Position numbers and translations under genes: made by a program. A DNA stretch of 62,794 bases, filler included, from Sluysia triapertura (lineage: Eukaryota), in NCBI GenBank assembly GCA_046118255.1. It is 4 parts of 4 records of this genome, joined end to end, with 100 filler letters (N's around TTAATTAATTAA, not from the genome) between each part and the next. Parts side by side here need not be neighbours in the genome. Positions count along the whole stretch, not along the records: positions 50,685 to 62,794 come from JBJNIA010138503.1; 3 more parts are not named here. One strand, written 5' to 3'. The notes under the pieces are model-generated. The model was not told the DNA's origin. It was given only the letters and a program-made list of their open reading frames with translations, and did no database searches. Shown one piece after another: positions 50,758 through 62,794 of this stretch (its first letter is position 1; each line of letters starts with the position of its first letter).

Positions 50758-53700
50758 ATGACGAAGTTGGAAGTTGAGAATGATGCATGCGTAAATATTG
50801 CAGCAGTTCCAGTTAAGATGAACGAAACAAGTTATACAAGCTCGGTCAACGACGATGTACCAGAAGACATTGAAGAAGTTCCAGTTAAAATGAATCAAAC
50901 AAATTACATAAAAGGTATTATTTTAAATCCTACCTGTTTATATATAAATATTTACAATATTACATTTTGTTTTAATTCCAGAATTATACACGACAAGCTT
51001 GAAGCCACGAGGAGACAGATCCAGTTGAGGAGGAGCAATGACGGTTCTCAGTGTCCCTTTATATTGTATAAATTATTAATAAATGTGTCAAGTTTTAGTT
51101 TCCATCTTTGTAATTTAAATTTTAAACATGTTGACCCACCACCAAAAGTTTTATATAATAAATTTCATTACAGTTCTATTTTAAATGTTATTAATTCTGG
51201 GACAAGCGTCTTCAATGAACAATTTTATCATAATTCAATCTATAATAAGATTAAAGACTCTATAAATCTAAAGGATATTCTATTTTATCTCCAAGCCCTC
51301 ACCACAACTGTACATATGAATTAAAAATGTCACCATTGATAGTGGTAGCTACCAAAATAAATTTTAAATTAAATAGTTTGAAATAAAAGTGCTGTGATAA
51401 TAATAATAACACTAATGTTATTATTATTAATTTTAATAAGCATAAACCTTTTATACTTATAAACATGAGCTTGCTAATATTTACATTTCTTTTATATTCT
51501 CAACATATTGAAACCTATTTTTTTTAGCTTGAAGTAGTTAAATGTCTAAAGATTAAATATTATGATACTATAAACCTATGATGTTACCAATTAAAGTCAC
51601 GCATTTGCAATGAGATTTTACGATGAAGTTGTACTTCTAATATTATAAGATAATGCGTAAGTGTTTTAAATGAATTTTTAAATAATATTTACTGGTTTTG
51701 ACTTAGGATAAGTTTGAGTGTTGAAAACTTATAACTTAAGTATTTTGAAATAGTATATAAATTTTTTATGTGAATTTTTAAATATACATTAGTGTTTTAA
51801 ATGAAAGTAATGTTTGGATGATAGTAGATTGTGACGTAAAAATGCATTGAAAAGAGTATGGCTTAATGGATGTAAAGAAGATGAATTATAGTCTAGATTT
51901 TTGTACATTCTAAAAAGGTGGCTGTACAATGTTAAATTTGTGATTTTGATTATGTTGATATGGGACTGTGTGATATAAAAGTTTTTAGAGTTTTTAAAAT
52001 GTACTTTGTAGATTTTGAAAGTGAATGTGATTTTTCTTGTATTTAAGAGAAAAAGTTTTTCATAAAATTTGTTAAAGTAATAGATTGGCCATTACAAGCA
52101 AAACTTATTAATGACTTATGTATTTACTTGTTGTTTGACACTTTATAAAATCTTGTGGATAAGCCATTAAGTTTGTGAGTATTCTATCATAATCACATTC
52201 TGATTTGTCTGACTCATCACCTTTCAAGCATTGTAGAATCTGATGTTATTCAATTACTTGTATTACATCATATTATTACTTGTATTATTATATTACATTT
52301 CACCACATTACAATTTCTATCAGATGAGCACTTTTCTGAAATTTCGTTCTTTAATGTTGCATTTTGCATTAGCATCGTGTCTTGTTGCTTTTATGGATGT
52401 CGAGTTAGCATCGTTGATTGATCTTTTTCTAATGAATTTAATTTTCATATTAATGAAATATGAAGTAAATTGAACAATGACTTCGATTTATTTGCATATA
52501 AATAGATTAAATATTACATACTTAAATTAAAGAATAATAGAATTCATTTTTAATAAAAAAATTCTAGAAAATATTAAATTACTTCGAAAGTATTCTAAAC
52601 CCAAAAAATGTAATATTGTAAAGAAAATGTAAAATTAAATACAATTTGTTTAAAAAAATACTGTAAAAACTTAAAATATAATATAGCGCCATATATTTCA
52701 GAAAATATGAAAAATTCAAAAAAAGCTTAAAAAGAAGTCTATTGTACCTTCTGGTATAATTATTCGTCATAATAGTATTTAAAAGGTTCTTGATCATTAT
52801 ATCAAAAATTAAATCTTTAATTAAATCTTTGGCTTATATCTGAAAAAAGATATTCATGATATATCCATGTTAACATTTATTGTCTTTATAATAATTCCAC
52901 GTTTTATGGACTTTTAGTGATGTTGTAATTTTACTGATTCTCCGTTTCATGGGCACTGTCGTGAAGGATGAGGAAGTTTGTACGATATGTTTTTATGATG
53001 TGTATGAATATAAAATAGAAACGCAATAAAATATTTTCTTGTTTATATGTACAAAAAATTAATTAAATAGCAAGTATATCAAATATATTTAAAAAACAAA
53101 CCATATAAATATCGTGTAATATCAATTACATCACCTGGAATATTTTATTAATTCACCTGGTACATAAACCGTTAAGTATATGTTTCTTAAATATAACATA
53201 CACCACCATACTTTTATAAGTGCATGATAAAATAAATGTATGAATTTTATATAAGTCACATTACATTTATGCAAATATTTTTTAAAAAAATAAAAAGTAT
53301 AATTCAAGGTTTAATAATTAGTGAATTTTATATGACATTCATGAAATAACAAAATTAAATATTTACACTAATTATTAATATTAAAGACTAATGATAAATC
53401 ATTGTTATTGTAAAAACAATGTTGCAACACTGAGTTAATTTGTATTTTAACTTGAATACAGAATTCTAATTTTACAGAAAGTGTGTTTACATTTTGTATT
53501 ATTAATAAACATTTTTAACTAAGATTGCCGCCACTTTTAGAATTATAGCCCATTAATTAATAATCAATACTTTTTTACAAACCTGAAAATAAATTTCTAA
53601 AATGTTTTAAAAACCAAAAAGTGACGTGAAGAAGCCTCTGGCAACTTAAGAAATCATGTCTTAGACTCTATTTTAACTATATTATGTTATACTAATTTTA

Positions 53701-53899
53701 GAGTGTGTAAGCCCCATCTTGATTTGTAGGACAATAATTTTGATGGAATAACCCAATATTAGATATAGAAAAAATAAAATATTTATTTTATAAAAAATGT
53801 GATTATTTGTCAAATGTGTTTAAGGACCAGTAGACCATTAAGACACCCACTATACTCAATAAATAATAAATAATAAACTATCAATAAAACATTATTAAA

Positions 53900-54530
53900 A
53901 TAAGAATGGTGAAGATGAAAATATCTAGAATCATTTTAAAGTCCAGCGCATGCAACATGAAACACCTTTTGTAAAACAGATTTTGTAAATATTTTAAAAT
54001 ATCCCTGAACCTCTTGAAAGTCTTCCAGAACATTTTTGACCCATTGAAATCTTTCACAAATTTGAAACCTTTATAAACACTTAAGTATATTTTAAGCCCC
54101 TGAACATTTAAGAACCATCTGAAACTATAAAAATATAGAATATCATCAAAAGCTTTACAAAAATATTTAAAACCAAATAAATATCATTAAAACAAAAATT
54201 ATTATTATATTAATAACAAGTTTTATAAATAATTAACTATCATAAGTAAATGGTGTGATTAAATAGCTTTACCAATATTGAATAACTTTAATACCCTTGT
54301 AAAACCTTTTTAAACAAAAGTATAAAGAATCATCAAAAATAGATTAATTAACTAAGATTAATAAATTTTTATAAAATACTCTTGTTAATGTTAAATACTC
54401 TAGACAATGTTAAAATAATGACTGCGTAAGAATTTATTTAATCGAACGTTTCGACAAAGACATGAGTTGACCAAGTACTTGCAAGAAAACTTCAATCTAG
54501 AACAAAGTCAAAATTTCAATTAATTCTCAA
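53900..54530 (-). mobile_element. Diverged relative of solo-LTR-like family 1
   Basis: Shares tggtgaagatgaaaatatctaga and gaccaagt....caagaaaac..caat...gaacaaagtcaaa motifs with 42110-42165 and with 4840-4890 (reverse complement). Confidence 0.4.
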
Positions 54531-54869
54531 AAATAAAACATAAAATTTGTTACATTAGTATGGGCTTATTTAAGAATGAGGTGTAAGCAAGGGTATAGTA
54601 GTTTGTAACACGAAGGAAAACAACTAAAATATGGATAACTAAAAACTAAAAAATAAACATAATTACAAAGTATACTTGCTAATTAGTTATGTGACAATTA
54701 AATGAAATGAATACAAAAAAGTGAAGGGAATAACATTTTCTAAAGATTTACGTTTTAAAAAATACAAAAGTACATTTATTTAATTAAAATTATTTGAAGT
54801 TCATTTTGACTAAATAACTTGGTATATGATGTTTTTACATATAAAATGAAATACAATTACGAAATTTAT

Positions 54870-57800
54870 AAGTGTTGTGAATGGTGAAATAATGTGGATA
54901 ACAACTCGGCGTGGATAGCACAGAATGATCATATGTAGTAAAAGTATGTATCAAATTAATGTTTACTAAGATAACATTTTGCACACATTATTGAAATTGA
55001 CGTGTGACTTACCGTTACCGTTGTCAGAATTGTATCAAAAGTTATTACTGGAAGTAAGTTGTATATATGAACAAATTCAATTTAAAATAATGCATTATTT
55101 GAACAATAAATATTTCTAAAAATATTGTGTTAAATTTTGAATTTAATATTCTGAATTAGACAAGAATTTGTTTGTCACAAAATTCATTATCTTCGTATAA
55201 TAACAAGACAGAAATTCAACGAAAATTATTACTGACTTTTGATTATTAAGATTGTTTGGTATAAAACAGACTCTAAGAAATAAGCATATGTCGAACTCCC
55301 GACTTCATAAAAATTATCTAAAGACGATAAATCTGAACCATTAATAATGCAATAATATGTGGAGTTCTACTTCATGAAGGCTATTTCAATGTAGTAGTAG
55401 CAAAAACTGTGATTAAATCTTTCATTCAAATTGACTAAACTTGTTTTTTGATGAATTTATTATATTGTGGTTAGTTGGACCTTGAGCCTAGATTCTGTCT
55501 GTCAATTTATTGCTATTTATACATGTTACGTCAATCCTAGAATTGAGTAATATATTTTTTTATCACAAGACGGATTTGTATTGTTGTAAAAATATATAAA
55601 TAAATAAATATATAGATAAATAAATTCATATCTTAAATTTGTTAATTCATTAAATTTATACTTATAAATTGTTACTATACTCATAATTTCATCTAATATT
55701 TAATTCAGTTATGCTGTGTTTCTGAATTATTACGAAAAATTATCTGTTCGTAAGAGTTCTCCTGTAATATGCGATTTATGTATATGTGAAAAGACGCACT
55801 TATTCTATGTAAATAAAGTCAAATCTTAAAATTCAAGTTTTTATCTAGTATTTCTTTGAGAATAGAGGAGCTTAATTGTACTTAAATTGAACTATAAGCT
55901 TATTCCTTTTATTACTCTTAAACTTATTATCGAAACACTACGTGGTTGTTACTATCCATATCTACTATAAATTAACTACAACAAAATGATTGGAATTGTT
56001 ATCAAAAGCAAAGCAAAGTCGTTAATATGAAAATTTTATTCAACGTGATATACGGCAGTTAAGATTTATAATAAAAAATCAACACATAAAACTTTATAAC
56101 AATTTTACAAAACTCAGGAACTACTTAATATCAGTTTAACTAATAAACAATAGTAAAAAACGATACACAAAGAAAGAACTATAAGTTTATCACATTAGAT
56201 TTTACTCTGAGTTTCAGTAATACCTTTACAGTGATCTTACTGGTTTAAGATGCAGATTTTAAGTCTATGTAACAAAACCTTGCGAATTTTAATATTAGTA
56301 ACGAATAAAATACGTATTTTTTGATCAACTACAGATTTCTCATTCAACCAAATAATTGGACAATTTACATATAAATAACTAAATAATTTGCCAAAAAATC
56401 GAATAAAGATTTTCAAAATAATCTAATAACCAAATCGAGGCTTTATCCGGCTGCAAAAATTATTCGAGATTAATGAAACGATAAAAATTTTCGGTATACT
56501 TGCTCATATACATTAAAATTCATTTTAAAATCCATTAAGTACTGTAAAATCTCGTACATAAGCTGCAGCTTATCTAAGAAAAGTTGTTTTGTAAAAAAAT
56601 CAACTGAAATAAACAACTGATATATATCTAAATGTATATCTAAATAATGCTAAAAAAATTCAAACATTTATTTTTCCATGGATAAGACCCGGCTTATGTA
56701 CAGAAAAGAACTTTTTAAAAAAATTTATAAGATGCGGCTTATACACAGATCCACAAACTTTTGCATTAAAAAAATCTACTTAAATTCATTATAAATCCAT
56801 TATAAATTCATAATAAATAAAATACATTAATTCTTTTTAAATAATTAAATGAAATATATTAATTAATATTTACAAAATAATACAAATGTTTTATTATTAA
56901 TATTACTATTTACAATATTTAATTTTTTATAATTCTAACTTCTGATCGTACGATTTATAATAAATACAACATTAATAATATAATAAGCTTAAATTTTACA
57001 TACTAATTACAATTACTATTTTTAACAGTTATTATAAGTATATATTTAGATTCACTATTTTTAAATTCACATTTATTATTTTTATTACGAACTTCCATCC
57101 ACACTACAGTCAGATTTATTACACACCATTTACAGTTATTATACATATACATTTATTATAGTCACAATTATTATTACTCTTTTTATTACCGTTATTATCA
57201 CAAACACATCTATTAGAGTTACTATTATTATTACTCACTATTATTAGATTACAATTCATTATGATTGTATTATCATTAAATTAAAATTGATTTTAATATT
57301 TTGTAATTACTTTGTAATAAAATTTTAAATATACTGAGATTAGGACTCGTTTAATGCTGTTATGGAATTATTGTCATTAAGTTAAAAAATTAAGACGCAA
57401 CATAGTAAAAATGAATCAAATATCGAAATGACTGTTATGAATAGAAACAATTTAAAAATAATTAGTTTAATCATAAATCACTCAAAACATGTTTCTTTAC
57501 AAATTGGCATCAAGTAAAATAATATTTATATTTTAAAACCGAAAATTAATATAATAGTAATTATAATATGTTATTATAATATCTGAAGTGATTCTTAGAG
57601 AAGTAGATCGATTATTGTAGTGATCTGTTAGAGCTATTAAAGATGGTTTACGTTTCACAAGAATCTCAAATTATTTTTTAACAAACAAGTAGAAAAGTAG
57701 AAAATACACAAATTTATATTGTAATGGAATTTTCAATTACAAGTAAATTTTATTTTATCTAAGAGTTCTTGTTTCATAAAACTAAGGTATTGTTAAATTC

Positions 57801-59250
57801 GCACTAAATGATGTTGAATAATACAACACTTTACTTTTTTAATAATACCATCCTTTAATTATTTATCTAGTTCTTATGTTTAGCTTTATTCTTAAATCAG
57901 ATTACAATATCTTGGTTTTACTAATTCGTTAACCTAAATATTATAAACTTCATTCTTAATAAGATTGTTATTCTTTAAATCGGAAACTTCTACTACTGAA
58001 TTTAACAGAATTCAACAATATTTTATTAGTCTTAATGGGTACTCAAAAAAATTAGTATTGCAAGATTTTACTGTGATATGTCTCCTACGATCCTAGACAT
58101 ATACACTTAAGTGCTAGTCCGCAAGTATCAGCAAGAATAATTTATAGATTAATGGAGGTTTAACTAGTTTGCAACTGATGCTTTAGTAATAGTATTCAGT
58201 ATTTTATTTTAAACTGGTTTATAATTGATTCTTTGATTAATAGTATGGGGTATATCTGATTTAAAATTAATAATTGGTATTTTACGTGAGATTTTGCTAC
58301 GGTATAATTAAAAAAGGTATCCTTACTAATTCAATTCTTTTTTAATAAAATTAATTTAAGTATTATTTAACGTCCATACTAAAAACGGCGTTCCTTATCA
58401 TAAATTGTCAGTAAACAAAATTCCAATAACTAAAAGTATATTAAAATGACAATAATTAGAAATAAAATGTTATAAGATTAATATATAAATAATTAATAAA
58501 ATATTACTAGATTATTTTATTGCTAGATAATAATATTACTAGATTATTATATAATTTTCTATTAAAATTTTAATTGAAATTTACGGCACCTAATTAAAAG
58601 GTGCGTCAAAATTAAAACTGATTTTTAGTAAAATTTTACAATCTAATAAAATAGGCTTACCTTAACAAATATGATTTAACGATTATATGGAATCCTGGAA
58701 AAAGCAAAAGTATTCTTCGTTAATCGAATATTCTTCGTCAATTAAATAACCAAATGATTTTACCACTGAATGGATCGTGATATAATCTTAGTAAATTTTA
58801 TTTTAAAATTTCTTACCAAGAAGTCAATAAAATAAGTGTGAAATATAATTTGTAAGAACAAAATTGAGAAAAATGTAATTTGCGCTTATTCTTACACAGT
58901 TGTTGGAAGTGATCTTCATATAGAATTTAAACATTTAAAAATAATTGAAAATATTAATAAAAATATGAAAATAAAGACTATTATTAATATTTTAAAAATT
59001 AGAAAATGAATTCTATTAAAATTATTAATCTTTTATTATTAATTTCATAACAGTTACAATTACAATTATTGATTAAAATTAAACATACTTTAAATAGACC
59101 GCATTATTATTACACATAACATACATAACATATATTAAATAGACTTTATGATTAAACGATTAAACTTTGTTATGTTACATATTGACAGTATATTCAAACT
59201 TAAGATCAACATTTAAACCCGAAAGCTTCCTTCTAATTTTATAAAAGTAT
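54870..59250 (+). pseudogene. mio: mio/MIOS-like pseudogene (copy E), near full length
   Basis: Against MIOS: GEIMWITTRRG*HRMIICSK|gtatgt (54884-54943; PDILWAPHHVDRFVVCDS), KIVWYKTDSKK*A (55250; TLAWNPLDSNWLA), PFITL (PVLTL), SVRAIKDGL (57625; RLRALSRYGL), NNILLVLMG (58015; NVVAMALSG), NDYMESW (RNLLDAW), and ISVKYNL*..HSCWK* (VFVSCNFC..TSCPGC). Confidence 0.6.
56542..56752 (+). mobile_element. pogo/Tc2-type MITE remnant
   Basis: TA|CTGTAAAATCTCGTACATAAGCTGCAGCTTAT, with internal repeats ATAAGACCCGGCTTAT and ATAAGATGCGGCTTAT typical of pogo/Tc2 subterminal repeats. Confidence 0.5.
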
Positions 59251-59429
59251 TTTTTAGCATTTATAATAAACTCTATATCTATGTGTTTACTCTATTCATA
59301 TTTAACAAAAACAAATTTATAAAATTGACAGATTTTAATTTGGAGAAGTTAAAACATGTAATTTTAAAAGATAGACAATTTTTATTATTTTATCATCCAG
59401 ACTTAATACATTTAATACGAAATTTACCA

Positions 59430-61990
59430 GTTAAAACATTAGTACTCTTATCAATGTATATATATGCCAGTTAAAACCACATGACCTGACTGTACTTACT
59501 TCAATCACTTTCAATTTAATAATAAAATTAATATTATTATTACCAATGTTCGAATTATTATTTTCCTTACCATTCCAGCAACTTCCAGTGAAATTTAGCT
59601 TTTTATGATGCATCAATATTAGCTAACACTCTTTCAAAGTAAGATATGGGGTCATTCTTAAGTAGTATGATCATCTTGGAACCAAAAATCTGTCAACATT
59701 TCATTACCATTAGAGAAATTACAGTAGAAGCATAAACATGAAAATATGCGTATCCTACTTATCTTGATAAAGTGGCTTACAATTTAAAATATTCAAGCCT
59801 TTTAAGTTTACTATTAATAGGTATGCTGGGAACCTAACTAAGGAATTTAACTTTAATTCAATTTTGAGTTTCGCTTGCAGAATTAATACTTAAAAATTTC
59901 TGGAACAGATCTGCTTTAGAGATTTATACAATAATCTCTATCTGCATTTAAGACATCTACCAACTAAAATAAAAGCAAAATGAATTTATTTCAAAATTAT
60001 TTATTAAAATTTCGAATAGCAACTTCACCCGTTAAGTATAAGATTTAACTTTAAAATCGTTACTAATAAAATAATTACTTCGTTTTGATTTGATTCAGTA
60101 TACTTTAAATTATAAAACAGCTAGTTAAGAATTTGTAAGTTTATTTTATAGGGTCTATAATAAATAGATTTAGTTCTGTGTGAGTTCCTTACGATATTTG
60201 GCTTATTCACTTAAGGGCTAACACGTAAGTGGTATATACAGATAATTAATCATATAACAATTAGAATCGTTAACAAATTTTTTAATTACTTGGAGGTCAA
60301 GGTGCAAGAAAGATTTATTTAATGGGATAGTATCAATGATTTATTTTTCGACTTTACTGCTGTGACGATTTAAGTAATAATTTTATATAAGATTCCGATT
60401 AAATAGGATCTATAAAGAAAATTAATATTTAATTCAGTTATGCGAGGTGTATTTTAAATAAGATTTTAAAATTATGTAAATTATAATTACGTAAAGCCAA
60501 TTCTACTTATGATTCAACTCTTGATAAATAGTATTAAATGGAGTAACTAATGTATATTAATTTAATATTCAAAAAACTAATAATAATAACAAAATAATAT
60601 CTTACCAAATGAATAATAAAACAAATTTTTTAAACATTTTACAGAAATTAAAATATAAAAATTACAACATTATTTTAAAAGATTGAATGAAATAATCTTT
60701 AATTAATATTTTAAGTGTAATTTTTAACAAGTTTAAACTTTGATAATCTTATAACAAATTCAACTAAAGATAATTTTACTAATCGCTAGAAATTCTTGTA
60801 AAAGCTAATAACTTCTAATAATATCGCAATCCTTCTTTGGTAAAACAATATTGAAATCGTAGACAGAAAATCTTTTAATATTTCGTAGACAGAAAATTTT
60901 CCTAATCAAATAAGTATTCATAATCAAATTCTTACTAATTATTTTTTTTCTAAGTGTTGTGATAACAGGCCTAAAGTGCCACTTGGTATAATGAACTATG
61001 ATAATAATAAAATTCTTAGACGTGGCTGGTAGCTCAGTGGTAGAGCATCGAACTGCGCAGCGAGAGATCCCGGGTTCGATCCTCGGTCATTGCATTTTAT
61101 GAAGTCTAATATAAGTGTTTATATTTTTATATTTATTTGGCAATGTATATAAACAACTATATTTTATAAATTTTATTATGATTGTTTCATTTACTAATAT
61201 TATTTATTTTCTTGTTACAAAATTTTATTAATTTTGTTAAAATGTTAATTAATTTTTTTAATTAATAACAAATATTAATTAATAAGCTAAAATTTAAACT
61301 AAAATTTTAATTACAAAATGTTAATGTATACAAATAAATAAAATAAAAATTGTTAATATAAATAGAATACAAATAAGAAATGCACAAAATACACAAAGAG
61401 GTAACCTTGACAAGTTGATACTAAAGTATTATCCTTGGTATAATTATTATCGTTTTTAAAATGAATCCGAGGGATTTCAACACTATATTTGCATATTCTG
61501 AGCACTTACGTAGATACATGTAAAAACCGAGAATAAATTCGACATTATCATCACCATTTATCAGTGGTAATAAAATACTTTTCAAATCATTTGAATAATA
61601 TAATATCGCAACCGTTCATTTGCGAAATGAATTTAAAAAGCTAATGCATCAGAATTATTGAATTCGTCAAAATTTTCAATAAATATTATTAATTAAATCT
61701 ACAACATCAATAATGTATTATTTCACGTACTTCTGCAAATTGTTAACTAGAATTATCAATTCCTAATTCAATATGTACACATTCAAATTTTTAAAGATTT
61801 TCATATATATCTATTTCGCGTTTAAACGGTAATATTTTATTCAAGGAATGATTAATATAGATCTGAAAATTCATTTTCATCGATTACAATTCCAAACTAA
61901 CTACTATTCAATTTTGAAATAATATTCACAGATCGTTGTGCGAGAGAGAATATAATTACAATTTGTCAGAGTAAATGAATATGAATTTAA
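59430..61990 (-). pseudogene. mio: mio/MIOS-like pseudogene (copy F)
   Basis: Minus strand, against MIOS: DEFNNSDAL (61670; YELGQNDAC), RFSVYD (DFTVFE), FLHLDLQVIKKFVND (60310; LFNLDIRRAIQILNE), YVLALK*I...IDPIK*TYKFLTS (60230-60120; VAMALSGY...NNPYLCVMFAFLTS), LFQKFLS (FACKFLS), YLLIVNLKGLNIL (ILLTGLTKDGVDLM), and GSCWNGKE (VSCNFCGKS). Confidence 0.6.
61023..61094 (+). pseudogene. tRNA-Cys-derived pseudo-tRNA / SINE-like head (within repeat 60967-61112)
   Basis: Intact A box TAGCTCAGTGGTAGAGC and B box GGTTCGATCC; the body resembles tRNA-Cys. Acceptor and anticodon stems do not pair properly, and three dispersed copies occur in the window. Confidence 0.75.
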
Positions 61991-62794
61991 CTTAAATGTA
62001 TCTTAAATTTCTTTTAAAAACACATAATTGGTACTGATGAAATTCAACCTTAATTTTCTGAAATTTATTCTACACATTATGAAATCAAATTAATTAAATA
62101 TAAAAAAATATTTTTAAAACATTAATATAAATATTTTTAATTTTTTCTATGTCGAAAATCCCAGAATTACATCGTAACATTAGTAATGAAAAATAAAAAG
62201 TTTTTTGAATTCTAGGTTTTATTATTTATTATTTTATTATTATTTTCAATTTTCTCATAAATGTTTAGATGCATAATATAACTTTGAAATTCATTCATTA
62301 ATTCATTATTATTGCTGTTATAAAATTTGAATCTTCTTCAATAATTTGACATTAAATTAACAACCTAGTGCTTTTTGAGGTCAACTGCTTTAGTTGAATA
62401 AATATTTCACAATTTTTATTTTAAAGAATTTGTATTTCAAATGAATAATTTTAGCACTACAATATAAATTACACAAATATGAAATTTATATATAATTATA
62501 AATACATAAATTTTGTAAAAAAACGCTACAATAATTTTAATTTATTGATGATTATTTTGATAATACTTTATAAATTACAATTAAATTTGATTGTTTCACA
62601 TTTCTGACAAGTTTTTATCATTAAAACAAAAATTATTACAATTCAAGACAAAATCTGTCTAAATAAGTTATAATAAATTGATTTTATTAATAAATATTTG
62701 TAAAATACTTTAGAAATATATTATTTATATTTTATGTTAATATATGTTTTATTTTCTTGCAGTTTTAATGTTGTTACTGAGATGATTTTAGATG

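Noticed and set aside
50915-51324. C-terminal part of the 200-aa ORF 50722-51324
   Set aside because: Reads through an apparent intron and AT-rich sequence; not a credible protein as annotated.
52730-53010. Cys/His-containing stretch that might be another mio C-terminus
   Set aside because: Only scattered residues match; cannot be supported without a profile search.
61023-61094. Functional tRNA gene (apparent anticodon GCG)
   Set aside because: Acceptor and anticodon stems are mispaired and the sequence belongs to a dispersed repeat; called a pseudo-tRNA instead.

Overview
Very AT-rich eukaryotic (insect-like) genomic DNA. It is made of four contigs joined by artificial 100-bp linkers (N44-TTAATTAATTAA-N44 at 17214-17313, 35558-35657 and 50585-50684). 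I see no intact long protein-coding gene. The dominant hidden structure is a cluster of about 9-10 highly diverged, mostly decayed, intron-containing copies of a mio/MIOS-like gene (GATOR2 subunit: WD40 repeats, alpha-solenoid, C-terminal zinc/RING). Copies occur on both strands and in all four contigs. I found them by hand-translating across stops, frameshifts and short introns and comparing to the human MIOS sequence from memory; no database search was run. Transposon debris lies within and between the copies: a chuvirus-type glycoprotein remnant next to a retropepsin remnant, a Gypsy-type gag with LTR end and PBS, solo-LTR-like repeats, piggyBac-type MITEs, pogo/Tigger remnants, a LINE 3' end and a tRNA-Cys-like repeat. 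Other relics are a RING/B-box (TRIM-NHL-like) pseudogene, a lysyl-tRNA synthetase fragment and Myb/SANT-like exons abutting one mio copy. Coordinates of decayed features are approximate.
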